Positions 1-10,820 of a stretch of 64,000 bases of DNA are shown here, one piece after another. The notes beneath the pieces are model-generated. The model worked only from the letters and a program-made list of their open reading frames with translations, did not search any database and was not told the DNA's origin. The DNA comes from Candidatus Poribacteria bacterium. Its GTDB lineage: Bacteria > Poribacteria > WGA-4E > WGA-3G. The stretch is from contig OZ240248.1 of assembly GCA_965198235.1 (NCBI GenBank), forward strand, positions 704,001-768,000, written 5' to 3'. The position numbers were made by a program, and so were the translations under genes. Numbering within the stretch: the stretch's first letter is position 1; every line of letters starts with the position of its first letter.

Positions 1-254
1 CAACCCTCAGCCTTTGTGATAAAATTCAATTCATCTTTTTTAACTATTAAGTTTCTGCTCTACTTTCCACTTCGTTTCAAGCAGGTTTTTGGTGTGGTGG
101 AGAGACTCTTAAGAATCGTGCAGATCCTTATGCGTGTCGGAATTAACCGGAACCCATCGCGAAACACAGTGGAGCGATTTAACCATCAACTCGCCTCCGC
201 TTGCATAATGTTAAGGCACGAGTTGATGGTTAACAGGAGGCCATGGTTAGAAAA

Positions 255-1643
255 ATGGCTACGTATGATCTCGGAATAATAGGCGGAGGACCAGGGGGTT
301 ACGTCGCAGCTATTAAAGCGGCGCAACTTGGCGGCACAGTCTGCCTGATAGAAAAGGGAGAGTGGGGTGGCACCTGTCTGAATCGCGGGTGTATTCCAAC
401 GAAAACCCTTTTTGCAGTTGCCAACTTGGCGACACAGGTTCAAGAAGCATCCGCTTTCGGTGTGAATATCAATGGCGACGCAGTAATTGACTACCCTCAG
501 GTATTGACTCATAAGACTTCAGTCATCCAGCAACTAACAGGAGGCATTGCGCAACTGCTGAAAGCAAACGGAGTTGATACCTTCAATGGAATAGCGACAC
601 TTACTGATAGAAATACCATTGCCGTCAGCAAATCTGATGGTACAACCGAACAATTACACGCAAAAAATATTATCATTGCTACAGGTTCCGAACCTGCGGA
701 ACCGCCTATTTTTGAAATAGACGAGAGCCAAGTCTTGACGACAACTGGTATCCTCAATCTCACAGAACTCCCTGAAAGCCTACTAATCGTTGGCGGTGGA
801 GTTTCAGGATGTGAGTTTGCTTCCATCTTTAATGCTCTCGGTTGCCGTGTGACTGTGTTGGAACTCCTCCCTACAATTTTGGCGACTGAAGATATTCAGG
901 TTATCCGACATATCCAACTTTTCATGAAACGGAAAGGGATCACGATCCACACTGGTGCGAAGCTTACCCATGTCAAAAAATCGGATGCAGGGGTCACTAC
1001 AGTGCTTGAATCCGGCGAAGAATTGACTGCCCAAAAGATGCTCGTCTCGATTGGAAGACGTTACAACACAGACGGGATAGGTTTAGAAAAGGTTGGCGTT
1101 CGCACAGAAGGCGGGAAAATCGTCGTGGATGCCAGAATGCAAACGAACGTTGCCGGTATCTATGCCGTTGGGGATGTCGCCAGCCGGTATCTGTTGGCAC
1201 ATGTGGCATCGACAGAGGGAAAGATTGCAGCAGAAAACTGTCTCAGGGACAGCGTCGAGATGGACTATCAGGTTATTCCGTGGTGTGTTTTCACCTTACC
1301 TGAAATTGGGCACGTCGGCATGACAGAAAAAGAGGCAACGGATGAGGGTTACGAAGTGAAGATAGGGCGATTTCCGTACGCCGCGAACGGGAAGGCATTG
1401 GGGCTACGCGAGACGGACGGGTTTGTTAAGACTGTTTCTGATGCCGATAGCGGGGATATCCTTGGTGTCCATATTGTTGGTGCCCATGCTTCAACCCTTA
1501 TTCATGAAGCCGCTGTCGCGATTCGTACGGGCGCGACTGCAATGGACATAGCAGGTACCGTGCACGCACATCCAACTCTCGCAGAAATGGTGATGGAATC
1601 CGCTGAAGCAGCGTACGATAGAGCAATCCACAGCCTACATTAA
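255..1643 (+). CDS. lpdA: Dihydrolipoyl dehydrogenase (E3)
   Basis: GGGPGG FAD-binding motif, GGTCLNRGCIP redox disulfide, C-terminal HAHPTLAE; ATG 255 preferred over 243. Confidence 0.95.
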   Translation: MATYDLGIIGGGPGGYVAAIKAAQLGGTVCLIEKGEWGGTCLNRGCIPTKTLFAVANLATQVQEASAFGVNINGDAVIDYPQVLTHKTSVIQQLTGGIAQLLKANGVDTFNGIATLTDRNTIAVSKSDGTTEQLHAKNIIIATGSEPAEPPIFEIDESQVLTTTGILNLTELPESLLIVGGGVSGCEFASIFNALGCRVTVLELLPTILATEDIQVIRHIQLFMKRKGITIHTGAKLTHVKKSDAGVTTVLESGEELTAQKMLVSIGRRYNTDGIGLEKVGVRTEGGKIVVDARMQTNVAGIYAVGDVASRYLLAHVASTEGKIAAENCLRDSVEMDYQVIPWCVFTLPEIGHVGMTEKEATDEGYEVKIGRFPYAANGKALGLRETDGFVKTVSDADSGDILGVHIVGAHASTLIHEAAVAIRTGATAMDIAGTVHAHPTLAEMVMESAEAAYDRAIHSLH

Positions 1644-2545
1644 AAACGGACGGCTTCTTGAAGCTCACAATATCGCGATGAGATCTCTGAAAACTGTACA
1701 TCCTTTTGTCGGCTGATGCTGAAATCTTCAATATTAAAAGAAGCGATAACTGTTCCATACACCATTGCGCTGCGTATTGCTTTTTCGGACGTGTCTTCAA
1801 TAGATGCGAGGTAACCCATCATACCACCAGCGAAACTATCGCCAGCACCTGTTGGATCCACTACTTGCGTCAGCGGATATGCCGGGGCACTAAAGAAAGA
1901 TGATTCCGTTACGCTGATTGCCCCGTGCTCCCCCTTCTTAATTATAACTCGCTTTGGACCATAGCGTAAAATTGTCTGTGCCGCCCGCATCAAATTGGAA
2001 TCACCCGTGAACAATAACGCCTCACTATCGTTCAAGATGAGAATATCCACGCGTGCTAAGAGCACCTCTAACGCCTCTCGCTCCTCGTTAATCCAAAAGT
2101 CCATCGTATCACAGACAATCAGTTTCGGGTGTGTTGCCTGCTCAATAATGCTCAATTGTAAACTTGGCGAGTTATTCGCCAAAAAGAGGTAGGGGGTTTC
2201 TTTGTAAGTTTCAGGTAAAATGGGATGAAAGTCACTAACAACATTCAATTCCGTAAAAAGTGTATCGCGCACGTTAAAATCTTCGGTATAACGACCACCC
2301 CAACGGAACGACTTGCCGTTGCACTCTCGTTTTAACCCTTGAAGGTCGATTCCTCGGGTGTGGAGGAAATCTGTGTAAGTGTGTGGAAAATCAGTACCAA
2401 CGACTCCAATAAGTTGAATAGGGTTTCCAAAAAAACTCGCGGCGACAGCAGCGTAGACACCAGAACCACCCAAGACATCCTCCACCCGTTTATTCGGTGT
2501 TTCTACCGTATCTAAGGTAACCGTGCCAACGACTAAGACTCCCAT
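1640..2545 (-). CDS. PfkB-family sugar/nucleoside kinase
   Basis: GGSG N-terminal motif and DPTGAGDSFAGG PfkB signature. Confidence 0.85.
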   Translation of the reverse strand: MGVLVVGTVTLDTVETPNKRVEDVLGGSGVYAAVAASFFGNPIQLIGVVGTDFPHTYTDFLHTRGIDLQGLKRECNGKSFRWGGRYTEDFNVRDTLFTELNVVSDFHPILPETYKETPYLFLANNSPSLQLSIIEQATHPKLIVCDTMDFWINEEREALEVLLARVDILILNDSEALLFTGDSNLMRAAQTILRYGPKRVIIKKGEHGAISVTESSFFSAPAYPLTQVVDPTGAGDSFAGGMMGYLASIEDTSEKAIRSAMVYGTVIASFNIEDFSISRQKDVQFSEISSRYCELQEAVRF

Positions 2546-2633
2546 TCTAAACTCTCATTTCCTTCTACGTAGAGGCGCGTTTTATAGGTACGCCAGCCTC
2601 GAAACCGCGTCTATCGTAGTACGTCCGTTTTCC

Positions 2634-2864
2634 TTAGAAAGGCCCAGGTCTATTCTTGTTTTCCCGTAGCGAGCGGATAACCCGTCGCAGTCGGCGAACG
2701 AAAATAACACTCAGCACAATGATGACTGGATACTGCAAGAAACTCAACACTTTTAGCAATGTCGGTGGAAGTTGTATCTGTTGAGAAGATGCCATCCAGA
2801 TCGGTAATAACAGCACCGCCGACAGGAGTAATATCACTCCCTCCAAAATCTCTGATTTTTTCAT
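2634..2864 (-). CDS. Small two-TM membrane protein (76 aa)
   Basis: GAGAGG RBS before ATG 2864; two hydrophobic stretches and a basic C-terminus; lies in the metK-ahcY run. Confidence 0.65.
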   Translation of the reverse strand: MKKSEILEGVILLLSAVLLLPIWMASSQQIQLPPTLLKVLSFLQYPVIIVLSVIFVRRLRRVIRSLRENKNRPGPF

Positions 2865-2938
2865 AGGTGCCTCTCTCTCATAAAAGGGTGGTATCGAAAC
2901 TCGGAACAGTATATGAAGCAACTCTGGAAAAAACGATG

Positions 2939-4201
2939 TTAAGTTCCCATTTCCCACGAGTTGAGGTATTTTTCCTGTTCTGCCGTGAGTGTATCAATTT
3001 CAATACCGAATGCTTCCAGCTTGAGCTGTGCCACGGTGTCATCTATAAATTCCGGTACATCATATACACGATTCTCAAGATTATCCTGATTTTGGGCGAT
3101 GTACTCAAGACACAACGCTTGATTCGCGAAGCTCATGTCCATAACACTCGCCGGATGCCCTTCAGCAGCAGCCAAGTTTACCAATCTGCCTTCACCCACA
3201 AGATAGAGTTTCCTGCCATCTCCGAGGGTGTATACATCTACATAGGGACGCGCATTTCCTTTATCGACACTCAATTCTTCAAGTGCTGGAATGTCGATTT
3301 CAACGTTGAAGTGACCGGAGTTCGCTATAATTGCTCCGTCCTTCATCGCTCTGAAATGTTCTTGACGTAAGACGTGAATATCCCCCGTGAGCGTTACAAC
3401 CAAATCTGCTTCCTGAACGGCTTTCTGCATCGGCATCACTCGAAATCCGTCCATTACCGCTTCTAATGCTTTTAAAGGGGTGACCTCCGTCACAATGACG
3501 TTCGCGCCTAAGCCGCGTGCCCGGTTAGCAACTCCTCTGCCACACCAACCATAGCCTGCGATAACGACTGTCGCTCCGGCAATGAGTAGATTCGTCGCTC
3601 TGATAATACCGTCCAATGTGCTTTGTCCAGTGCCATATCGGTTATCAAAAAAATGCTTCGTCCGTGCGTCGTTCACAGCGATAATCGGATATTTCAACAC
3701 ACCTTCGGTTGCCATACTCTTGAGTCGGATAACCCCGGTTGTTGTTTCTTCTGTTCCTGCAACGACTTGCTCCACTAAAGCTGGATTTGTTTCTTCAGAA
3801 TGAAGTCTTGAAACGAGATCCGCCCCATCGTCCATGGTGATCGCTGGTCGTGTCTCAAGAGCGGCATCAATGTGTTTGTAAAAGGTTTCTATATCCTCTC
3901 CGTCAATAGCAAAAACACCTATCTCTTCGTCAACAACGAGAGATGCGGCAACATCGTCCTGTGTACTGAGTGGATTTGATGCACAGACAACCGCCTCCGC
4001 CCCACCTGCCTTCAGCGTTTTCATCAAGTTGGCTGTTTCAGTTGTGACATGTAGGCACGCTGCTACTCTCAATCCCTCCAATGGGCGTTCATTTTGAAAC
4101 CGCTCGCGGATGGAATCCAAAACGGGCATGAACCGGTTTGCCCAGTCGATTCGTTGTCGACCAGTTGATGCAAGTTCCGTTGTTTTTATATCGTAGTTCA
4201 T
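2939..4201 (-). CDS. ahcY: Adenosylhomocysteinase
   Basis: [49 protein letters not shown] motifs. Confidence 0.97.
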   Translation of the reverse strand: MNYDIKTTELASTGRQRIDWANRFMPVLDSIRERFQNERPLEGLRVAACLHVTTETANLMKTLKAGGAEAVVCASNPLSTQDDVAASLVVDEEIGVFAIDGEDIETFYKHIDAALETRPAITMDDGADLVSRLHSEETNPALVEQVVAGTEETTTGVIRLKSMATEGVLKYPIIAVNDARTKHFFDNRYGTGQSTLDGIIRATNLLIAGATVVIAGYGWCGRGVANRARGLGANVIVTEVTPLKALEAVMDGFRVMPMQKAVQEADLVVTLTGDIHVLRQEHFRAMKDGAIIANSGHFNVEIDIPALEELSVDKGNARPYVDVYTLGDGRKLYLVGEGRLVNLAAAEGHPASVMDMSFANQALCLEYIAQNQDNLENRVYDVPEFIDDTVAQLKLEAFGIEIDTLTAEQEKYLNSWEMGT

Positions 4202-4241
4202 TATTATCCTTTTGTTTATTGGTATTCTCAATTTTTCCAAT

Positions 4242-5366
4242 CTACCGGAGCTTTTCGACGTAGTCGGTTTCTTCCCAAGTGAAACCGGGTTCTTCACGTC
4301 CGAAATGTCCATATGCGGCAGTATTTTGATAAATAGGCTGGCGTAATTTCAACCGTTCTATGATGCCCGCCGGTGTTAAATCGAAGTGCGCGTTGACAAG
4401 TTTAATGAGAGCCTCCGCATCGCCAGTACCAAACGTATCCACCATGACAGAGATGGGTTCTTTTCTACCGATTGCGTAGGAAATTTGAATTTCACACCGT
4501 TCTGCGAGGCCAGCAGCAACGAGGTTTTTAGCGACGTGTCGTGCTGCGTAAGTCGCACTCCGATCAACTTTAGTTGGATCTTTCCCAGAAAGTGCGCCTC
4601 CACCATGCCGTCCCATCCCCCCATATGTATCAACAATAATTTTTCGTCCGGTTAATCCGGCATCACCTTGGGGACCACCGGTCACAAAACGTCCGGTTGG
4701 ATTGATATGATATTTAATATCTGGGCTTTGGAGATTTTCAGGGATAATTTCTTTGATAACCTCTTCAATAATTGCTTCACGTAGTTCGCTATCCGTAACG
4801 TCAGGATCGTGTTGTGCAGAAATGACAACTGTAGTGACAGCCTTAGGTTTACTGTCGATATATTCCACTGTTACCTGAGATTTTCCATCGGGACGGATAA
4901 AGGGAAGGGTGCGATCTTTGCGAACTTTAGCCAAACGCTGGGTTAATTGATGGGCGAAGGTAATCGGTAGTGGCATCAATTCTGGCGTTTCGGTACATGC
5001 GTATCCAAACATTAATCCTTGATCGCCTGCACCACCAGGGTTTACGCCCATTGCAATATCAGGGGATTGCTTATCAATAATACTCAACACAGCACTTCGT
5101 TCAGCATCAAAGCCATATTCAATATCGGTGTAACCGATATCAGCTATTACTTTTCGTGCGATTTGTTGGGCATCGTAGTTTGCTGTAGTCGTGATTTCAC
5201 CAGTAATGACTGCGAGTCCTGTTGTGACCAAGGTTTCACAAGCGACTCTGGCCATCGGATCGGTTGTGAATATTGTATCAAGTACCGCGTCAGAAATCTG
5301 GTCTGCCATCTTGTCCGGGTGTCCTTCAGTGACGGATTCGGACGTAAACAGAAAATTTTTGCTCAA
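4242..5366 (-). CDS. metK: S-adenosylmethionine synthetase
   Basis: [28 protein letters not shown]; TTG start at 5366, 7 nt after AGGAGA. Confidence 0.97.
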   Translation of the reverse strand: MSKNFLFTSESVTEGHPDKMADQISDAVLDTIFTTDPMARVACETLVTTGLAVITGEITTTANYDAQQIARKVIADIGYTDIEYGFDAERSAVLSIIDKQSPDIAMGVNPGGAGDQGLMFGYACTETPELMPLPITFAHQLTQRLAKVRKDRTLPFIRPDGKSQVTVEYIDSKPKAVTTVVISAQHDPDVTDSELREAIIEEVIKEIIPENLQSPDIKYHINPTGRFVTGGPQGDAGLTGRKIIVDTYGGMGRHGGGALSGKDPTKVDRSATYAARHVAKNLVAAGLAERCEIQISYAIGRKEPISVMVDTFGTGDAEALIKLVNAHFDLTPAGIIERLKLRQPIYQNTAAYGHFGREEPGFTWEETDYVEKLR

Positions 5367-5458
5367 TTCCACGTCTCCTAAGTCTACGTGTCTATTCTCG
5401 CTCTGTCTTGTGGAGCAAGGGTTTTGTGCCTCGTCAAGTCTTTCGTGCAAGAGAGGAC

Positions 5459-5480
5459 GGGTGGGCACATGTGCCCACCC
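5459..5480. repeat. Perfect 22-bp palindrome GGGTGGGCACATGTGCCCACCC
   Basis: Seen directly in the rpsA-metK intergenic region; REP-like or terminator-like. Confidence 0.6.
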
Positions 5481-5623
5481 ATGCAGGTGAAACAACGAAA
5501 ACGCGCGCGAAAACTCGTCCCTACGTTTCAAACGTAGACACACTCTGTAACGAGAGATATCGCTTTGTATTTTCGCCTCTGCCCGAAAGTTTGGACGTAA
5601 TCTCGGGCAAAGATACGAAAAAA

Positions 5624-8014
5624 TTAATTTTCAGAATTCTCGGCGTTTTCAGGGTTTTCTACATTCGCGATGTCTTCGGAGTCCTCTGCACTTGCGACTT
5701 CCTCAGAACTCTCTGCGCTCACAATGTCTTCGGAGTTCTCCACACTTGCGACTTCTTCAGAACTTTCTGCGTTTGACTTACCCATCTCCTCCTTGAGCAA
5801 TGCCCCCAACGTAGTGACAGTTTCTCCGTGTGCTGGCATTTGCCGCCGCGGTTCCCGTTCTCGCCGTGATCGAGGCGGTCGCTCGGGTCGCGTTCTCGCC
5901 GGCTGTTCCTCTTCAGTTGCCACAGCGCGCTCTTGCTCGGCAAGGAGTGCTTTCAAACTCAGCCCGATCCGTCGGTCCTTTGGAGACAGATTAATCACTT
6001 TCAAATCTAACTCGTCGCCTACGGAAACCACTTCTTCTGGTTTTTCAATCCGCCGGTCTGCGAGTTCAGAAATGTGAATTAAGCCTTCAATGCCTTCCTC
6101 AAGTTTGGTGAATGCTCCAAAACTCGTGAGATTGACAACTTTGCCTCGGACAACGGAACCGACCTTGTACTTCTCGGGTACCTCTGCCCATGGATCAGGC
6201 TGTGTCTGCTTGAGTCCCAATGAAACTCTACGTTCAGCCGCGTCAATCTGCAACACGACTACTTCAATCTCACTGCCTTCTTTAAGTTCTTCATTGGCTG
6301 CAGCACCACGTTTAGTCCATGAGAGATCTGAGGTATGGATTAAACCGTCAATTCCGGGTTCAATTTCAACAAACGCCCCAAAACTCGTCAAGTTTCGGAT
6401 ACGTCCAATGATCTTGCTGCCAACAGGGGACCTCTCTTCCAAAAGTTCCCAAGGGTTTTGTTGCAGCTGCTTGAGCCCAAGTGAAATACGTTTGTCCTCT
6501 CTTGAGATTTCAAGCACAACGGCTTCAATTTCATCACCCTTATTGACAATTCTCGATGGAGCAACGTTACGGCGGGTCCATGCCATCTCAGAGACATGAA
6601 TTAAGCCTTCAACGCCCTCTTCGAGCTGTAGAAATGCACCATAATTGACAATATTAACAACAACACCGCGAACCGTAGAGCCAACCGGATATTTTTCCTC
6701 AATGTCTGTCCATGGATCGGGAGTTTTCTGTTTCAAGCCCAAAGAAATTTTCTCATTTGCTTGGTTGATACCAATGACTTGGACTTCGATTTCTTCTCCA
6801 ACAGAGACAACATCAGACGGATGATGTATCCGTTTCCATGCCATATCTGTCTTGTGAAGTAACCCATCAACGCCACCCAGATCAACGAAAGCACCAAAAG
6901 CAGTGATGTTTTTCACCACTCCTGCCACGTGTTGACCAACTTTAAGTGTGTTGAGCACTTCCGAGCGTTTTTGGACAAGTTCGGCTTCTAACCAAGCACG
7001 CCGCGACAGAACAATGTTATGCCGCCGCTTACTCAGGCTGATAACCTTCATTTCAAGCGTTTGTCCTACATATTGTTCAAGGTTCTGGATAGGGCGCAAC
7101 TCAACTTGCGATGCCGGTAGAAAACCTCGGAGGGACCCAACGCTGGCTCGTAGTCCACCCTTAATCCGTTCGGTGATACGACCCATGACGGGTGTACCCG
7201 TTTCGTACGCGGTCGCAATTTCATCCCAAATGAGCGTTTGGTCGGCGATCTTTTTCGAAAGGACTATCTGCCCTTCCGAGTCTTCACGCCGCACAATATA
7301 AACATCGATCTCATCGCCCACCTGAACAGTAGGCAAATCGTCTTGTCCAGTATCGAATTCAGATGCTGGGATATAACCTTCCGACTTAAAGCCGATGTCA
7401 ATCATTACTTCATCGCGGCTGACATCTACGACGATACCTTTAACAATTTCGCCATCTGTAAACGCCTTGATCGAATTATCATACGCTTCTTCAAGAGATT
7501 CCGGACTCATGGGTTCCGCTGGTTCTTCCGGTGCTGCCGCTACCGCTATCTCTTCAGAGGTGGTCTCATCAGTGGACGTTACTGTTTCTTCAGTATCAGC
7601 ATCCGCAACGACTACTTCTATTACCTCTTCAGGTGCATTTTCGTCGACGAATGTTATTACTTCTTCAGCATCGCTATCAGCTATGTCTACCGACTCTTCG
7701 GGGACGGTTTCGTCAGTTTGTTCGGAATCAGCGTTACTATCAGCCACTTCTACCGCCTCTTCGGGGGCACCTTCATCAGTAAGCGTTGTCGCTTCTTCAA
7801 CATCGGTGTCGCCAGCAGTCGCTTCCACTTCACTGTTTGTGGCTTCCTCATGCTCCTCAGTGTCTGCGTTGGTTGCAGAAGCAGCTTCTGCAACTTCTGA
7901 AGCCTCTGTCTCGCTTGCTACTTCCTGATTCACTTCAACTGAACCCTCAGTTGAATGTTTTTCTTCTTCCACATCAACAGTGGAAGCATTTGTATTTGTC
8001 TGTTCGTTGTTCAT
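5624..8014 (-). CDS. rpsA: 30S ribosomal protein S1 with long acidic N- and C-terminal extensions
   Basis: Six S1 repeats (FGAFV.. DGLIH..) preceded by about 170 aa of E/D/A/T-rich sequence. Confidence 0.95.
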   Translation of the reverse strand: MNNEQTNTNASTVDVEEEKHSTEGSVEVNQEVASETEASEVAEAASATNADTEEHEEATNSEVEATAGDTDVEEATTLTDEGAPEEAVEVADSNADSEQTDETVPEESVDIADSDAEEVITFVDENAPEEVIEVVVADADTEETVTSTDETTSEEIAVAAAPEEPAEPMSPESLEEAYDNSIKAFTDGEIVKGIVVDVSRDEVMIDIGFKSEGYIPASEFDTGQDDLPTVQVGDEIDVYIVRREDSEGQIVLSKKIADQTLIWDEIATAYETGTPVMGRITERIKGGLRASVGSLRGFLPASQVELRPIQNLEQYVGQTLEMKVISLSKRRHNIVLSRRAWLEAELVQKRSEVLNTLKVGQHVAGVVKNITAFGAFVDLGGVDGLLHKTDMAWKRIHHPSDVVSVGEEIEVQVIGINQANEKISLGLKQKTPDPWTDIEEKYPVGSTVRGVVVNIVNYGAFLQLEEGVEGLIHVSEMAWTRRNVAPSRIVNKGDEIEAVVLEISREDKRISLGLKQLQQNPWELLEERSPVGSKIIGRIRNLTSFGAFVEIEPGIDGLIHTSDLSWTKRGAAANEELKEGSEIEVVVLQIDAAERRVSLGLKQTQPDPWAEVPEKYKVGSVVRGKVVNLTSFGAFTKLEEGIEGLIHISELADRRIEKPEEVVSVGDELDLKVINLSPKDRRIGLSLKALLAEQERAVATEEEQPARTRPERPPRSRREREPRRQMPAHGETVTTLGALLKEEMGKSNAESSEEVASVENSEDIVSAESSEEVASAEDSEDIANVENPENAENSEN

Positions 8015-8113
8015 TAAGATACCTGGTCCATTTAAAAACGCGCAACCGCGTTAATCCGCCAGTTCCTCCTTATATTCAAAGTGCTTTTGGCACTTTCAAA
8101 TCGGTTGCATAAT

Positions 8114-8143
8114 AGTATATCATAAATGCATAAAGAAAATCAA
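8114..8143 (-). promoter_or_regulatory. Putative sigma70 promoter for rpsA
   Basis: TTGATT-N18-TATACT with TGn extension on the minus strand. Confidence 0.45.
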
Positions 8144-8318
8144 CAATAATTTTTTTATTGATACGATTTAATTTTCAGAAAGACCCGCGATTGGAAAGCA
8201 CTTCTTTGATTTACGGTTCAAACACAGAATTTTGCTTGATTTTTTTATCGATTTAAGATAGAATTTAAGAATGGTTCCTTGAGTTAGGACTGGCTTTAAT
8301 TTATGAGAGGTGATTTCT

Positions 8319-8663
8319 ATGGATTCGACAAAATTAATGAAACTCCGGGAGGAATCCGGTATCAAAATAATTGAAATAACAACAGACTTGAGCAGTTACG
8401 CAGCATCTGATTTACGGAAGATGCTTGAAGGACTTTTAGCGGAGAAAGTTGAGAAGGTTGTTGTCAATCTTAGTCAAGTGAGTCATATAAATAGCACGGC
8501 TGTGGGTGCCTTGGTAGGTGTTGCAAAACGGCTTCGCCAGAGTGGTGGCGACCTTAAAATTTGCGCGCTTGCAGACAACTTAACACGGACCTTTAATCTC
8601 ATCGGTGCATCCAGTGTCGTCGAAATCTACGAATCAGAAAACAGTGCCCTTGCAGCGTTTTAA
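8319..8663 (+). CDS. STAS-domain anti-sigma factor antagonist (RsbV/SpoIIAA-like)
   Basis: VVVNLSQVSHINSTAVGAL motif with the phosphorylatable Ser. Confidence 0.85.
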   Translation: MDSTKLMKLREESGIKIIEITTDLSSYAASDLRKMLEGLLAEKVEKVVVNLSQVSHINSTAVGALVGVAKRLRQSGGDLKICALADNLTRTFNLIGASSVVEIYESENSALAAF

Positions 8664-8681
8664 TCAAAGCAAATTTAGTAC

Positions 8682-9137
8682 ATGGCGCAAGCAGATATTC
8701 AACTTCAAATTCCGAGTGCTCCCTTTTATATAGAACCTGTTCGGGCATTTGTTGGGAACCTCGCACAAAGCCTCGGATTCTCCAGAAAACGTGTAGCAGA
8801 CATTCAACTCGTGCTTGACGAAATCTGTAGCAATGCAGTACATCATGGTTCGGCTAATGCTACAGTTGGCGTTAAATTGTGTATCAGTATTGATACACAT
8901 GCCCTTGAAATTTTAGTAAAGGATACCGGTGCACGGCATGCGGGAGAAAAGAATTGGCTAACACATGAAAGACTCTCGGAGATTGAGATGAACCGTTCTC
9001 CAAGCAGTGAGAGCGGACATGGGGTTTTCATCGCTAAATCTCTCGCGGATATGCACGAAATGCAACCGAACGAGGCAGGCGGAACCGATGTCCGAGTCGT
9101 TTTTCGTTTTCCAAAACCAAGAAATATCGAAATTTAA
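8682..9137 (+). CDS. Anti-sigma factor Ser kinase (RsbW/SpoIIAB-like)
   Basis: EICSNAVHHG N-box, VKDTG, SESGHGVFI G-boxes. Confidence 0.85.
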   Translation: MAQADIQLQIPSAPFYIEPVRAFVGNLAQSLGFSRKRVADIQLVLDEICSNAVHHGSANATVGVKLCISIDTHALEILVKDTGARHAGEKNWLTHERLSEIEMNRSPSSESGHGVFIAKSLADMHEMQPNEAGGTDVRVVFRFPKPRNIEI

Positions 9138-10324
9138 CCTTCCCCTGAAACTTCAATAGCGATAAGTGTTAGATCGTCGTCCTTTGGGCAGTTATTGGTG
9201 AAGGTATCAACAGCCTCCGAGACGCTGGTGATGAGTCCTGCTGCAGATTTTTTTCCGTATGTACATACTAATTCTTGGAGGCGATCTACCGTAAATTCCT
9301 CACCTTGTGGGTTTTTGGCTTCGTAAACACCATCGGTATAAAGGAATATTCTGCTTGACTGATCGAATGGATAACGTATCGTTTCATAAACCGAATCTCG
9401 CCAAATGCCTAACCCATTTCCTGTGTGTTGATCGCCAATGGCTTGGTATGTCTGTTGATGCGTATTGTACAAAAGTGGGAATGAATGTCCGGCGTTTGCA
9501 CAGATAAGTTCGCCTTTATCAAGGTCAATGATACCGCAAAAGGCTGTTGCAAACATGAACAGTCGTGAACTAATCAAATCATTAAAACGGGTGTTTAGTA
9601 TTTCAAGCAGATACCCTGGATTATCTTCAACTTGTTGCTGGAATTCCGCCAAAATTGTTTTAATGAAGACTGTTACGAAAGCTGCTGAAACGCCATGTCC
9701 CATAACATCAGAAATAAAAACACCGAGTCGATTCGGTGCAATTTCCCAGACATCAAAAAAATCCCCACCGACCACCATTTCAGGACGACAGTGTGAAGCA
9801 ATTCGAAATCCCGATAATTCCTGCACACCATCCTGAGGAATCAGAATTTCCTGAATGCTTCGTGCCATTTGGAGTTCTTCTTGCAAGCGGGTGTTATATT
9901 CTGCGAGTGTATCTTGATAGCGTTTGATTCGCAAAAGTGAACGAACCCGGGCGAGTACCTCTAAACTATCGAAAGGCTTCTCAATAAAATCATCGGCACC
10001 TGCTTCAATGGACTTAATTCGATTTTCGCGGGTGTCCCGTAGAGCGGTTATCATCACAATTGGAATGAATTCGGTAACCTCGTTCGATCGGATTCGTTTG
10101 ACAACTTCAAACCCATCCATTCTCGGCATGTTGATGTCCAACAAGATGAGATCTGGCATTTCTTTTTCGACGGTATCAAGTGCCTCAAGTCCATCTGCGG
10201 CTGTGTAGACTGTATATCCTCGTGCGTTGAGTTGAATTTGGAGAATTCTGACATTTTTGGGTTCATCATCAACAACAAGGATTTTTGCACCTTCCTGCTG
10301 TTCGGAAATCACTTCCTCGTTCAT
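9134..10324 (-). CDS. Response regulator receiver fused to SpoIIE/PP2C phosphatase (RsbU/RsbY-like)
   Basis: VVDDE..LLDINMP receiver; GGDFFD, DVMGHG, YTDG, DDLT phosphatase motifs. Confidence 0.92.
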   Translation of the reverse strand: MNEEVISEQQEGAKILVVDDEPKNVRILQIQLNARGYTVYTAADGLEALDTVEKEMPDLILLDINMPRMDGFEVVKRIRSNEVTEFIPIVMITALRDTRENRIKSIEAGADDFIEKPFDSLEVLARVRSLLRIKRYQDTLAEYNTRLQEELQMARSIQEILIPQDGVQELSGFRIASHCRPEMVVGGDFFDVWEIAPNRLGVFISDVMGHGVSAAFVTVFIKTILAEFQQQVEDNPGYLLEILNTRFNDLISSRLFMFATAFCGIIDLDKGELICANAGHSFPLLYNTHQQTYQAIGDQHTGNGLGIWRDSVYETIRYPFDQSSRIFLYTDGVYEAKNPQGEEFTVDRLQELVCTYGKKSAAGLITSVSEAVDTFTNNCPKDDDLTLIAIEVSGEG

Positions 10325-10758
10325 GTTTCTGTCCTCTTGATGTGAGTCTCTACACGTTCTACCAAAACCTTGATGTCGATAGGCTTACTGAGATAATCAT
10401 CGCATCCAGCTTTGAGGATGCGTTCCCTGTCCCCAGACATCGCTGCGGCTGTCAGGGCAATAATAGGTATATCTACCCACGCAAGATTCGCTTTAATCCG
10501 TCTTGTTAAATCCTCGCCGCTTTGCCCCGGTAAGGCAATATCCATGAGAATGAGTTGTGGTATTGCGTCTTCCAAGCTTGCGAGTGCTTCCGTAGCATCA
10601 GTCGCTTCCATGACCGTATACCCCTTTGATTGCAGGACAATTCGCACAACTTTGCGGTTCAACTCTTGGTCTTCAATCACCAAGATCCGCTTTTGCGTTT
10701 CTGTTTGTTTTTCGGCTGGGGGTGGGTTTTCAGTTTTCACAGGTTGCCTTCTATTCAA
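10321..10758 (-). CDS. Single-domain response regulator (DivK/CheY-like)
   Basis: VIED, LMDIALP, ALTA, YLSKP. Confidence 0.9.
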   Translation of the reverse strand: MNRRQPVKTENPPPAEKQTETQKRILVIEDQELNRKVVRIVLQSKGYTVMEATDATEALASLEDAIPQLILMDIALPGQSGEDLTRRIKANLAWVDIPIIALTAAAMSGDRERILKAGCDDYLSKPIDIKVLVERVETHIKRTET

Positions 10759-10820
10759 GCCAGTAGTTATGAAATGAACCGAAGTTGTGGAGCCAAATCT
10801 CCTGCCTCGTTTGTCCTATG

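Noticed and set aside
5380-5620. SAM riboswitch upstream of metK
   Set aside because: Hairpins are present, but I could not find SAM-I (AUC..AGA..GCAACC..GUGC) or SAM-II cores on the minus strand
5670-7928. Long antisense ORFs opposite rpsA and other genes
   Set aside because: Shadow frames of real genes with no motifs or RBS
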